In this document: one piece after another, positions 1 through 9,437 of the stretch
How the letters are laid out: the number at the start of each line of letters is the position of its first letter
Numbering within the stretch: the first letter of the stretch is position 1
Assembly: GCA_963772455.1 (NCBI GenBank)
Contig: CAVYXJ010000007.1
Coordinates: forward strand, 384,001-448,000
DNA: 64,000 nucleotides
Reading direction: 5' to 3'
From: Candidatus Bathyarchaeota archaeon
GTDB lineage: Archaea; Thermoproteota; Bathyarchaeia; Bathyarchaeales; Bathycorpusculaceae
The notes under the pieces: model-generated
What the model was told of the DNA's origin: nothing
What the model saw: only the letters and a program-made list of their open reading frames with translations
Databases searched by the model: none
Position numbers and translations under genes: made by a program

Positions 1-526
1 CTTGGTAGCAGTCTTCAACTGTATCAAAACCGTTGAATGCTCCAAAGATACTAAACCACGGTGTCCAAGCGTGAGCTGGAAAAATCATATTGTCATTTGA
101 AACGGACATGACTTCTTCCACAAGTTGAGGTGCCGATACGTTAAGGATTGGTCTACCGTCGGAGCTTAAACTACCAAAGTTTTGGAGACGCTCGTTAATT
201 TGTTCAGCAGTTTCCAAGGTTGGGGTTAATATTACGTGGTGAATTTTTTTTGATTCATTCTTGTAGTTGAAAATTGTGCAGACTTCGGTTGTTAATATAA
301 AGCGAATGGGAGAGTCTGAGTTGGTTAGTTTATAGAGATTTGAATCCTGCTCTGGTGTTAAAGTATGGTTGATTTCTTTGAGCCATTCTGGATGGGTAAA
401 ATCTCCCGTTCCAATTAGGTTGAGTCCCTTGATTTTTGCGAACTTTCCAATTTCAGGTATATTCATTTGTTCGCTTGTTGCTCGACTGAAACGGCTATGA
501 ATGTGCAGGTCTGCTATAACTCTCAT
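1..526 (-). CDS. PHP-domain endonuclease Q family protein (TIGR00375-like), 3' end truncated by window edge
   Basis: Manual translation from ATG at 526: MRVIADLHIHSRFSRATS...GTGDFTHP...HHVIL...DGRP...PAHAWTPWFS, typical EndoQ/PHP motifs; not in ORF track. Confidence 0.85.
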   Translation of the reverse strand, partial: MRVIADLHIHSRFSRATSEQMNIPEIGKFAKIKGLNLIGTGDFTHPEWLKEINHTLTPEQDSNLYKLTNSDSPIRFILTTEVCTIFNYKNESKKIHHVILTPTLETAEQINERLQNFGSLSSDGRPILNVSAPQLVEEVMSVSNDNMIFPAHAWTPWFSIFGAFNGFDTVEDCYQ

Positions 527-745
527 GTTGATGCGCCAATTCCTACATTGCGCATAAGCCATTTTAAGGCTTTGTAATATCAATATAGATATTGGTGAAT
601 GAGTTGTCGTGTTTGCCCGTTGATCTATTGGTTTCAATGTTCAGACACATCTACAAGTAGACGTGTTATTGAGTTATAGTCGCAATGTTTCTGCTTGTGG
701 TTTGAGTGCAATATTCTTTTATTGTTGCGTTAAGCCTGTTATTCT

Positions 746-1144
746 ATGCATGAATGGGCTTTGGCTGAGGCAATCCTTGCATCAGCTAAACAAGTGGCTG
801 AGCAGGAAAAATTGAAGGAAGTCACAGAAGTCACTATAAGAGTGGGTGAGCTCCAGCAGGTAGAGCCACCAATTTTGCGATTTGCTCTCTCCCAGATGAA
901 AACTGACATTTTCAAGAACGCCAAATTCCACATCCTTAAGGCTAAAACCACTCTCAAATGCAGAGTCTGTAACACTTCATGGAAATTCAGTCTTAAAAAA
1001 CTCGATACAGCCACCGCCGAAGCCATCCATTTTGTCCCAGAAGTCGCGCATTCATTCATTAAGTGCCCTAAATGTGGCAGCCCCGACTTTGAAATTGTCA
1101 GTGGACGTGGAGTTTGGCTTCAAGATATTAAAGGAGCCAAATAA
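746..1144 (+). CDS. hypA: Hydrogenase nickel metallochaperone HypA
   Basis: N-terminal MHE, GELQQVE, two CxxC (CRVC, CPKC). Confidence 0.93.
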   Translation: MHEWALAEAILASAKQVAEQEKLKEVTEVTIRVGELQQVEPPILRFALSQMKTDIFKNAKFHILKAKTTLKCRVCNTSWKFSLKKLDTATAEAIHFVPEVAHSFIKCPKCGSPDFEIVSGRGVWLQDIKGAK

Positions 1145-1884
1145 TGAGGGTTGACCCAAGGATAAGCGTGATTAACCAGCGTTTTGCTAAAATAGACAGA
1201 ATCATCGCCGTTTCAAGTGGTAAAGGCGGCGTTGGTAAAAGCATGGTCGCTACCACATTGGCACTCTCTCTCGCCAAGGATGGCTGCCGAGTCGGTCTCT
1301 TTGACTTGGATTTCACAGGTCCATCAACTCACATAATTCTAGGCGCTCCATCAAACTTGGCGCCAAAAGAAGATAAGGGAATTGTTCCACCCACTTTCGA
1401 AGGCTTAGAGTATATGTCGCTTGTCTACTATGTAGGCGATAACCCGGCGCCACTGCGTGGTGCAGAAGTTTCAAACGCACTAATCGAACTCCTCTTGATT
1501 ACGCAGTGGGGGACGCTTGATTTTTTGGTTATTGACATGCCACCGGGAATCGGCGATGCAGTTCTCGATTTGATACGATTGGTTGAAAGGATAGAATTTC
1601 TAATTGTCACTACGCCGTCGCTTTTGGCTTTTGAAGTAGTAAAAAAACAGGTTTTGTTATTATGTGAATTGAAGATGCCAATAGTCGGCGTGGTAGAAAA
1701 CATGAAAACGGACAAAGCAACTACTGTTGAAGAGGCCTCGTTGAAGTTGGGGCTAAAATACATCGGCTCAATCCCTTATGACCCAAATGTTGAAGAGGCA
1801 ATCGGCAGTCCAGAAAAACTTCTGGATACTGCGATTGGCAAATCAATGACTCTAATCAAGAAGTCAACAAATACCAAAAAGTGA
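1144..1884 (+). CDS. Mrp/MinD-family ATPase, probably ATP-dependent (Thermococcales-type) HypB
   Basis: SGKGGVGKS deviant Walker A, DMPPG, VENM; lacks the CxxC of ApbC/Nbp35; overlaps hypA stop by 1 nt. Confidence 0.8.
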   Translation: MRVDPRISVINQRFAKIDRIIAVSSGKGGVGKSMVATTLALSLAKDGCRVGLFDLDFTGPSTHIILGAPSNLAPKEDKGIVPPTFEGLEYMSLVYYVGDNPAPLRGAEVSNALIELLLITQWGTLDFLVIDMPPGIGDAVLDLIRLVERIEFLIVTTPSLLAFEVVKKQVLLLCELKMPIVGVVENMKTDKATTVEEASLKLGLKYIGSIPYDPNVEEAIGSPEKLLDTAIGKSMTLIKKSTNTKK

Positions 1885-1890
1885 ATCCCG

Positions 1891-2643
1891 ATGGTTTGTA
1901 GAGCTGTGGTCTTCGATTATATTGGCACTTTGGTCAACTGCAGAAATTACTCTATGGACGCTTCAAAACTAAACCTCTATAATGCATTGGTATCTCAAGG
2001 ATTTAGAGTTACTGAAAACGAATTTATGGCTGCTTATGATGTAGCTCATGAGAAGTACCGAAAAATACGATACGAACAGCTGAAAGAAATAACAAATGCC
2101 ATATGGGTGGCAGAAGCATTATGCAATCTTGGTTTTGAAGTTACCGCGGATGATCAACGAATCAAAGTAGCACTCAACGACTTCTTCCAAGACTTCATTG
2201 ACACGCTCGAATTGAGAGAGGGAGCAAAGAAGCTAATTAAACAAACCCAACAGCGAGGAAAAGTAGCATTAATTTCAAATTTTACCTTTTCACCAGTCAT
2301 CTACAAGAGTCTGAGAAAACTAAGAATAAACCAATTCTTCGACGCCGTTATAGTTTCAGAGGAAGTTGACTGCAGAAAACCCAGTCCCAGAATTTTCCAA
2401 GATGCCCTAAACAGGCTTCAGGTTAAAGCATGCGAAACCGTTTACATTGGCGACAGCCCCATTGAAGACATCAAAGGAGCCAAACAAGCAGGACTAAAAA
2501 CTGTATTTGTTCCCTCACAATTCAATAGCCTAAAAGAACTAAAAGAAAGCAAGCAAAAACCAGACTATATTGCAAACGATCTGGAGTTACTTTCTCAAAT
2601 CCTTGATAACATATTCTCCATAAACGAAGACACCAAGGTTTAA
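1891..2643 (+). CDS. HAD-superfamily hydrolase
   Basis: FDYIGTL motif I, ISN, RKP, IGDSPIEDIKGA motif IV. Confidence 0.88.
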   Translation: MVCRAVVFDYIGTLVNCRNYSMDASKLNLYNALVSQGFRVTENEFMAAYDVAHEKYRKIRYEQLKEITNAIWVAEALCNLGFEVTADDQRIKVALNDFFQDFIDTLELREGAKKLIKQTQQRGKVALISNFTFSPVIYKSLRKLRINQFFDAVIVSEEVDCRKPSPRIFQDALNRLQVKACETVYIGDSPIEDIKGAKQAGLKTVFVPSQFNSLKELKESKQKPDYIANDLELLSQILDNIFSINEDTKV

Positions 2644-2762
2644 TGTCAAAATCAATGGTGTTCTGTCCAAACTGAGTTAAACAACTAAAACTAATAATTA
2701 ATTAACCCAATACGCAGTTTTAGCTTTTGAAAACTCAATTTTTTATAAAAAAAAAGAAGAAT

Positions 2763-3995
2763 TTAGATTTTCTTAGTTTCAACTGACGTTTCCAAAGCTA
2801 CGACACCCGGAAGCTTCTTGCCCATCAAAAACTCAATAAGTGCTCCACCCGCAGTACTTATGTACCCGATTTTCTTGGTTAAGCCATATTCCTGGATAGC
2901 TGATATTGTGTTTCCGCCTCCTGCGAGTGAGAAGGCTTTGCTATCTGCGATTGCTTCAAAGATTTTTTTAGTTCCGAAATTAAATTCTTTGTTTTCATAA
3001 ACGCCCATTGGTCCGCTAACGACTATCGATTTTGCAGTTGAAATAATTTGAGAATATACTTCAACTGTTTTGGCGCCGATGTCCATGACGGAGTTTTCGG
3101 TTGGCAGTTTACTTATTGGGATTTCTTTGCGTTTACCGTTGATGTCTAGTGCAAGGTCAATTGGAACCATCACTTTGTCACCAAACTGCTCCTCCAGTGC
3201 CTTGATGCCTGGAATCAAGCCTGTTAGTTCCTTTTTTGCCAGATACCCCATGTTTCCTTTTCCAAGGTCAACTCCTTTGGCAGCAAGGAACAATTGCCCC
3301 GTCACACCCCCAGTCAACACGTAGTCTGCTCTACCTTGGCTTAAAACGTACTTGCTGATTTCTAGGCTGTCGTCAGCTTTCGCTCCACCCATAACGTAAA
3401 CTGAAGGTTTATCAGGCTTCTCCAAGGCTTTGCTTAGGGATTTGAGTTCACGTTCCATAATACGCCCAGCTGCAGACGGTAACACTGCGGTGAAACCAAC
3501 CATACTAACATGTCCTCGGTGAGCAGCGGCAAAAGCGTCATTAACGAAAATGTCTGCGAGTGGTGCAAGGTTCTGCACTAACTCAGTTTTACTTGCGTCT
3601 TGGGGGCTCATGCTTTTTGTTTCTTTGTCCCAGCTACGAACATTCTCCAAAACAAGGATTTCCCCACCCTTAAGTTCTTTAATAGCGGCTTTTGCTTTTT
3701 CGCCGAAAACGTCATCGACGTATTTTACTGGGCACTTAAGGATTTTCGCCAGGATTTCAGTGTGTTGTTTTAGAGGTGTGTAGTCAGGGTCTCCTTTTCT
3801 GCCTTGGTGGGCAATGACAACTGTTTTGGCGCCTTTTTCAGCCAAATCTTTCAGGGTTGATTCCGCATGGGCTCGAATTCGCACATCGCTGTTCACCCTC
3901 ATTGTGGCTGGATCGATTTCTGAGTTAAAGTCAACTCTCACTAAAACAACTTTATCTTTAACGTTAAAATCGTCTAATGTCCTGTAATTTGCCAT
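2763..3995 (-). CDS. pgk: Phosphoglycerate kinase
   Basis: RVDFNS, LENVR, NDAFAAAHR, GGAK, STAGGA; start set at ATG 3995 (MANYRT). Confidence 0.96.
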   Translation of the reverse strand: MANYRTLDDFNVKDKVVLVRVDFNSEIDPATMRVNSDVRIRAHAESTLKDLAEKGAKTVVIAHQGRKGDPDYTPLKQHTEILAKILKCPVKYVDDVFGEKAKAAIKELKGGEILVLENVRSWDKETKSMSPQDASKTELVQNLAPLADIFVNDAFAAAHRGHVSMVGFTAVLPSAAGRIMERELKSLSKALEKPDKPSVYVMGGAKADDSLEISKYVLSQGRADYVLTGGVTGQLFLAAKGVDLGKGNMGYLAKKELTGLIPGIKALEEQFGDKVMVPIDLALDINGKRKEIPISKLPTENSVMDIGAKTVEVYSQIISTAKSIVVSGPMGVYENKEFNFGTKKIFEAIADSKAFSLAGGGNTISAIQEYGLTKKIGYISTAGGALIEFLMGKKLPGVVALETSVETKKI

Positions 3996-4062
3996 TTTAA
4001 TTTCACTTCTCAATATTAAAAAAGAAAAAGAAAGGATGGATTTAAGTTTGTTTATGCTTTGT

Positions 4063-5085
4063 TTAGATGTTAGCTTTTTTGCCGACCATTTCAATGAAGT
4101 CGACCATGCGGTTACTAAAGCCCCATTCGTTGTCATACCATGCGAAGACTTTCACGAAGTTGCTTTTCTCACCCATAACCATAGTTAAGTCTGCATCGAA
4201 AACGCTGCTGTATGCACTGTGAAGTACGTCTGTACTGACAATTGGATCTTCAGTGTATTGCAATATGCCCTTGAGTTCGCCTTCAGCTGCTGTCTTCATT
4301 GCTAAGTTAATGTCTTGTTTTGTAACTTCTTTGCTTAATATTGCAACTAAGTCAACGATGGATACGTCTGGAGTTGGAACACGCAATGAATAACCATTCA
4401 TTTTTCCAGCACAACTTGGCAGAACTAAACCTATGGCTTTTGCTGCACCTGTGCTAGTTGGGATAATGTTGATTGCTGCTGCCCTTGCGCGTCTTGGGTC
4501 TTTATGCACTATATCTTGGATCTTCTGGTCGTTTGTGTAGCTGTGACAGGTTGTCATGAAAGCTTTTTCTAAACCAAAGTTTTCTGCTAAAACTTTGCTC
4601 ACCGGTGCGAGGCAGTTAGTTGTACAAGAAGCGTTGCTAAGGATGTTGTGGTTTACTGGGTCGTAAGTTTTGTCATTAACACCTAAAACAAACGTTGCAT
4701 CGGGGTTTTCTGCTGGAGCTGAAATTAAAACTTTTTTTGCTCCGGCAGTAAGATGTTTGGTTGCACCCTCGCGGCTAGTGAACAAGCCTGTGGATTCAAC
4801 TGCTAAGTAGACTCCTAAGTCTTTCCAGGGCAATTGTAAGGGGTCTCTCACGCTTAGGCATTTGAGTTCTTTTCCATTGACAACCATATCGTTGCCTTTT
4901 ACTTCAACAGTGCCTGGAAAACGTCCGTGAACTGAATCGTACTTAAGTAAATGGGCGTTAGTTTTTGCGTCTGCCAAATCGTTGATGGCTACAAAATCTA
5001 TGTTTGCATTCTTTTCGATTGCTGCTCTGAAGAGCAGTCTTCCAATTCTTCCAAAACCATTGATTCCAACTTTAATGTTTGCCAT
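4063..5085 (-). CDS. gap: Type I (bacterial-type) glyceraldehyde-3-phosphate dehydrogenase
   Basis: [43 protein letters not shown]. Confidence 0.96.
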   Translation of the reverse strand: MANIKVGINGFGRIGRLLFRAAIEKNANIDFVAINDLADAKTNAHLLKYDSVHGRFPGTVEVKGNDMVVNGKELKCLSVRDPLQLPWKDLGVYLAVESTGLFTSREGATKHLTAGAKKVLISAPAENPDATFVLGVNDKTYDPVNHNILSNASCTTNCLAPVSKVLAENFGLEKAFMTTCHSYTNDQKIQDIVHKDPRRARAAAINIIPTSTGAAKAIGLVLPSCAGKMNGYSLRVPTPDVSIVDLVAILSKEVTKQDINLAMKTAAEGELKGILQYTEDPIVSTDVLHSAYSSVFDADLTMVMGEKSNFVKVFAWYDNEWGFSNRMVDFIEMVGKKANI

Positions 5086-5298
5086 TAAAATCACCTATGT
5101 ATGTGGGTTTGTACAATCAACTTTGACTTTATTAATTTTCCGACCAAAAACCCACGCCTACGAGCTAAAACTTTGAAGCTTAGAAAAGACCAAACCCCTT
5201 GTTTACATAAAAATTAACGCAATATTTGAATTTTTATTCTCTTGTAAATCTCTTTGAAGATACAAAAAATAAACTCTGACAATTTAAGATAAAAATGA

Positions 5299-5700
5299 TT
5301 AGTAGAGACCGCCTTCTTTGAAGTAATGGTATTCTTCTTTTTTAGTTCCAAAACTTCTCAATCCATCACGTTTGAGTTGACATCGCAATTGTTCAGCGTT
5401 TTCAATAGTTATTTCACCTTTCTTCTGCAAGTAAGCAATAATCTCTTCGGCTTGCAGTTCTGTGTCGCATCGTCGAATGAAGTCTGCTGCGGAAGGGTTA
5501 AAATGACGCAATTTATCGGGTGTTTCGGAACATGAAGTAAACTGTTCGTCCGTGCAAACGCATTCTTCGCCTAAAGCCGTCACTTCAGCTTCTAACGGGT
5601 TTTTCCGCACAGCGTTAATTGGAACTTTAACTTCTCCATTTTCAAGTTCCTCATAGAGATGTGGAAAAATTTTTTTAATTGATTTCTTATCGATTGCCAT
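5299..5700 (-). CDS. DUF2095-like archaeal protein
   Basis: FPHLYEEL, P..ADFIRRCDT, GLRSFG.KKE..Y pattern. Confidence 0.7.
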   Translation of the reverse strand: MAIDKKSIKKIFPHLYEELENGEVKVPINAVRKNPLEAEVTALGEECVCTDEQFTSCSETPDKLRHFNPSAADFIRRCDTELQAEEIIAYLQKKGEITIENAEQLRCQLKRDGLRSFGTKKEEYHYFKEGGLY

Positions 5701-5779
5701 GTTTCATCCGTTGTACAAAAATTATATTTGATATGCTCATTTATTTTCTTTTTTGCTGAAAAGATTTTTTACAACAATA

Positions 5780-6394
5780 CTATGAAGGAATGAACTGTTG
5801 AGTTGGGTTGGTTTCGAGTACTTTTCCAAGTTCCTTTAAGTTTAAACCTTTTAATTCGTCGCCAAAGGTTTCGCATTTGCGTTTTTTACCTACTTCTTCG
5901 CGGCTTCTTGCCACGATTTCAAGCCCATGCTTAGTTTGGGTTTCAGCATAGATATGGAAGGACTCCAAGGTTGTCCCCCGCTTATTCACAGTTGTCCAAC
6001 CTGTTTTCAAAATCTTAACTTCTGCCACCTTAAGTGCATTAACTATTTTTTCTGGATCATCGGCGTAGACAGCGATGTCTATGTCGCTTCCTTTTTTAAT
6101 TGTTCCTCTCCAAACGCTCCCGATCAAAACAGGACAAAAACCACCCAAAAGCTGCATTAAAGTTAATGCTTCTTTACGCATTTGGATTAACCGATCTTTC
6201 CTTTTTGGACCCTCGTTTTCTTCTGCGATCTTGTCTAGTTCTAATGCTATTTCAAGGTTAGATGGTAAAAAATGAGCGCCGAAGGTTTGAGCTGCTTTGT
6301 CTTTTGCTTGCTTGTATTCTTTTTCGGATCCAAAATAGAGAAGGGTCGCGGCTTCCCTTGCGACACGTTGCTTAAGATCAAAGTCGTCGGGCAA
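5780..6394 (-). CDS. Nucleotidyltransferase-domain protein
   Basis: VAREAATLLY N-terminus; GSVWRG...SDIDI Pol-beta NTase motif. Confidence 0.8.
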   Translation of the reverse strand: MPDDFDLKQRVAREAATLLYFGSEKEYKQAKDKAAQTFGAHFLPSNLEIALELDKIAEENEGPKRKDRLIQMRKEALTLMQLLGGFCPVLIGSVWRGTIKKGSDIDIAVYADDPEKIVNALKVAEVKILKTGWTTVNKRGTTLESFHIYAETQTKHGLEIVARSREEVGKKRKCETFGDELKGLNLKELGKVLETNPTQQFIPS

Positions 6395-6399
6395 TACTT

Positions 6400-7650
6400 T
6401 TACCGTTTAACGATTGATTCGTAGAGCTCCATGGTTTTCTGGGCAATTTTGCTCCAGGTGAACTCGGCTAAGACGCGTTTTCTGCCGTTCTTGCCCAGCA
6501 TTAGTCGTTTTTCAGGGTTCTCTAGTGCGCTTATTACTCCCCATGCTATGTCTGAGGGATTGTGTGGGTCTATATGGTAGCCACATTGTTCTTCGCCGCA
6601 GCAAATTACTATTTCGCGCATCCCGCTAACTCCTGCAGCGCCAACCACAACTGGTTTTTCCATTGCCATGGCTTCGAGCGCAACTATGCCAAAGGGTTCG
6701 TAAAAGCTTGGGAAAACCGCGATGTCACATGCAGCATAATGTAAGATGCGTTCTTCTTCGGGTATGAAGTCAAAGCAGAATTTTACGTATTCGTCTAATC
6801 GTATGGTTTTAGTTAGGTTTGATAAGTATTCTTGGAGGTCGCCGACGCCTACAACAACTAGTCTTGCTTTAGGAATTTTGGTGAGTATGTGGGGCATTGC
6901 CATGATCAACTTGTCGACTCCTTTAACAGGGACAAGACGTCCGAGGAAAAGAATCATAAACTCGTCATCTTTTATGCCGTATTTCTCACGGATTCTTTGA
7001 ATATCCTGTTTAGCAATGTTTTCAGGATTGTATTTTTGTGGGTCAACCCCGTTGTAGCTGACTTTAATCTTGTCTTTTGGAAAACCAAGCTGTATAAGCT
7101 CATCTTTCATGGCATAGGATACTGTAACAACTAGATCAGCCATGTTGCCAGCACGCAACTCTATGTTGCTAACAACGCTCGAACCGTTACCTAGAGTTCG
7201 TCCTTTCTCGGTAGAATGGACATGGAAAGCCAAAGGCATCCCAGTTTCCCGCTTAACTGTGATTCCGCCCATAGCGGAGAGCCAATCGTGAGCGACAACT
7301 ATGTCGTATTTCATACCTTCTTTCTTAATCAACTCATTGATGAGTTTAGCAGCAGACAAATAATTGTAAACCATTAGCTTGCCAAAAAGGTGTATTCCTC
7401 TACCCCATTTCTTGATGTCATCTGCAATCACATCTGGTAACGAATCAGAAATATCAATGTGCAAAGGTCGATGAATTTCTATGCCGCGCCAAATCTCTCT
7501 TGTTGGCAACGAACCAGTATCGTCATTCATCGTGAAAACCGTTACATCATGGTCGTTTAAGACAAACTTACGCGTAATCTCGGCGGCATAGGTGCCAAGT
7601 CCACCGACGATCTTAGGTGGGTACTCATATACAAAAACAGCGATCTTCAT
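6400..7650 (-). CDS. GT4 glycosyltransferase (glycogen synthase-like)
   Basis: EYPP.IVGGLG, HDW, HSTE, GRL..VKG, YEPFGIVALEAMA. Confidence 0.9.
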   Translation of the reverse strand: MKIAVFVYEYPPKIVGGLGTYAAEITRKFVLNDHDVTVFTMNDDTGSLPTREIWRGIEIHRPLHIDISDSLPDVIADDIKKWGRGIHLFGKLMVYNYLSAAKLINELIKKEGMKYDIVVAHDWLSAMGGITVKRETGMPLAFHVHSTEKGRTLGNGSSVVSNIELRAGNMADLVVTVSYAMKDELIQLGFPKDKIKVSYNGVDPQKYNPENIAKQDIQRIREKYGIKDDEFMILFLGRLVPVKGVDKLIMAMPHILTKIPKARLVVVGVGDLQEYLSNLTKTIRLDEYVKFCFDFIPEEERILHYAACDIAVFPSFYEPFGIVALEAMAMEKPVVVGAAGVSGMREIVICCGEEQCGYHIDPHNPSDIAWGVISALENPEKRLMLGKNGRKRVLAEFTWSKIAQKTMELYESIVKR

Positions 7651-7811
7651 TTCTTATCAGTCACCAATTATCATTTAGCATTATGAATCTTTGTACTAAA
7701 GCTTTCCTAATCTGCACCAACACATAGAACTCAAAAAATAACGCTGATTAGAAAGTTTAAAGCAAAGTTTGATTAGACCGTTTAACATAGGATTACAGAC
7801 GGTGCGCGTAA

Positions 7812-8396
7812 ATGAGTTTGTCGCCTATTAAACAAGAAATACTGGAAACCATGCTCCTAAATGAGAAACCACTCAAAGCAACGGAAATTGCTAAGGAAGC
7901 AAAAAAAGAGTACCAACCCGTTAACATGCACCTCTTAGGACTCATCAAAATGGGGTTTGTTAGTTTACCTGAGAAGGGACTATATGCCATTACAGAAAAA
8001 GGAAAAAAAGCTATAGGCATAACTGAAACAACTAAAGATAAAGCGGCTGCAATATTATCCTATGCTCCCCACGATAAAGCATTCAACTTTTACGTCACAG
8101 TGGGAAAACCCCTAAGCCTCCACGCACACAACCTAAGAGACTTCCCAAATAAACTGGACAAAGCAGATGTAACGTCAATAGAGTTCCATATGCAACGCGG
8201 CGATTTTGAAGCTTGGTTCAAGGGACTGGGCGATGAGGAATTAGTTAAAAAGACAACGTTGCTGAAAAAGAAAAATTATGTTGGAGAAGACCTGCGCAAG
8301 CAGCTACACAATATAGTTGAGTTGCGTTATCTTGAATTGACAAAGCTTTCGGGTCAACCTATCCCAGCAGAAGAACAAGAACATACCCATACTTAA
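7812..8396 (+). CDS. Winged-helix protein fused to a DUF5752-like domain
   Basis: N-terminal wHTH (KATEIAK...HLLGLIKMGFV...YAITEKG); C-terminal AFNFY...SIEFHMQRGDFEAWF. Confidence 0.7.
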   Translation: MSLSPIKQEILETMLLNEKPLKATEIAKEAKKEYQPVNMHLLGLIKMGFVSLPEKGLYAITEKGKKAIGITETTKDKAAAILSYAPHDKAFNFYVTVGKPLSLHAHNLRDFPNKLDKADVTSIEFHMQRGDFEAWFKGLGDEELVKKTTLLKKKNYVGEDLRKQLHNIVELRYLELTKLSGQPIPAEEQEHTHT

Positions 8397-8453
8397 TATT
8401 CTATTTTTATTTTTTAAAAATCTATAAAAAAGAAAATCTTGCCCAAAAACAGG

Positions 8454-9437
8454 CTAAGTAATTTGTTTGTAGATTGGATGGTCTCCGAACTTCAAGTTGG
8501 TTGTTGAATATTCTAGGGTGCCGCTGGGTAGTCTTGTGCAAATTGATTGGACTACGGCGCCTCCTGCTGTGAACCTTACGCCATCAAGCATTTCGCCTTT
8601 CGTTACGCCCGAAGCAGCAAAAATCATTTCGTTACCCTTTGCTAACTCATCTTCAGTGTAGGTTTTGTTGATGTCAACGCCAGCTTCTTTTAATCGATCC
8701 ATTCGTTTGGCATCGTCTTTTTTATCCTTCCAAACTTTTACGAGCATCGTTCCGCCCAAGCATTTCACTGCTACAGCAGCTATTGTTGCTTCTGCCCCTG
8801 CTCCTGCACCGACAAGTAAGTCAACGCCTGATTCGGGTAGACATGTGACAATGGAGCCGCCTATGTCGCCGTCAGCTATTAGAATTATTCTTACACCCAT
8901 TTTTCTTAGTTTTGCAAGTAATTCATTATGTCTATCGCGTTCAAGCATAATCACGGTAAAGTTTGCTAAAGGGCGATTCTTCAATTTGGCAATGGTCTTA
9001 ACGATTTCTTCGATTGACATATCAAGGTTGATTTTTCCTTTTGCCAAGCCGTTAGTTGCAACTTTAAAGTAATAGCCATCGTCTGGTAAAACTTTCAAAC
9101 AACCTGCAGGAGCACAGCACAAAGCTGATATTGCGTCTTTCTTTCCTTTTGAAGTTGCAGTGGTACCATCAACTTGGTCTATAATAAATTCAACTTTGGG
9201 TCCATTGCCAGTGCCGACTTTTTCTTTGTAACTAAACGCTGGTGCATTGTCTTTTGGTCCTTCGCAGCAGATGACTTCGCCGTCGACTTCTGTTTGGTTC
9301 AACACTGCTCTGGAGAAATCCAAGGCGGTTTGATCAACTTTGTCTGGGTCACCTTTGCCAATGTGAAGAGCTGCGCCCACTGCTCCAGCAGTGGTGATTC
9401 TTGTTAAAGAAGGAGATAATGACCTTAGTGAAGTCAT
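8454..9437 (-). CDS. glpX: Class II fructose-1,6-bisphosphatase (GlpX family), divergent
   Basis: EGPKDNAP, D.VDGT, LERDRH, LIADGDI, SGVTKGEMLDGVRF. Confidence 0.85.
   Translation of the reverse strand: MTSLRSLSPSLTRITTAGAVGAALHIGKGDPDKVDQTALDFSRAVLNQTEVDGEVICCEGPKDNAPAFSYKEKVGTGNGPKVEFIIDQVDGTTATSKGKKDAISALCCAPAGCLKVLPDDGYYFKVATNGLAKGKINLDMSIEEIVKTIAKLKNRPLANFTVIMLERDRHNELLAKLRKMGVRIILIADGDIGGSIVTCLPESGVDLLVGAGAGAEATIAAVAVKCLGGTMLVKVWKDKKDDAKRMDRLKEAGVDINKTYTEDELAKGNEMIFAASGVTKGEMLDGVRFTAGGAVVQSICTRLPSGTLEYSTTNLKFGDHPIYKQIT

Noticed and set aside
3996-4136. 47-aa N-terminal extension of PGK in the ORF track
   Set aside because: Overlaps the gap 3' end and a T-rich terminator-like spacer; PGK-like sequence begins at ATG 3995
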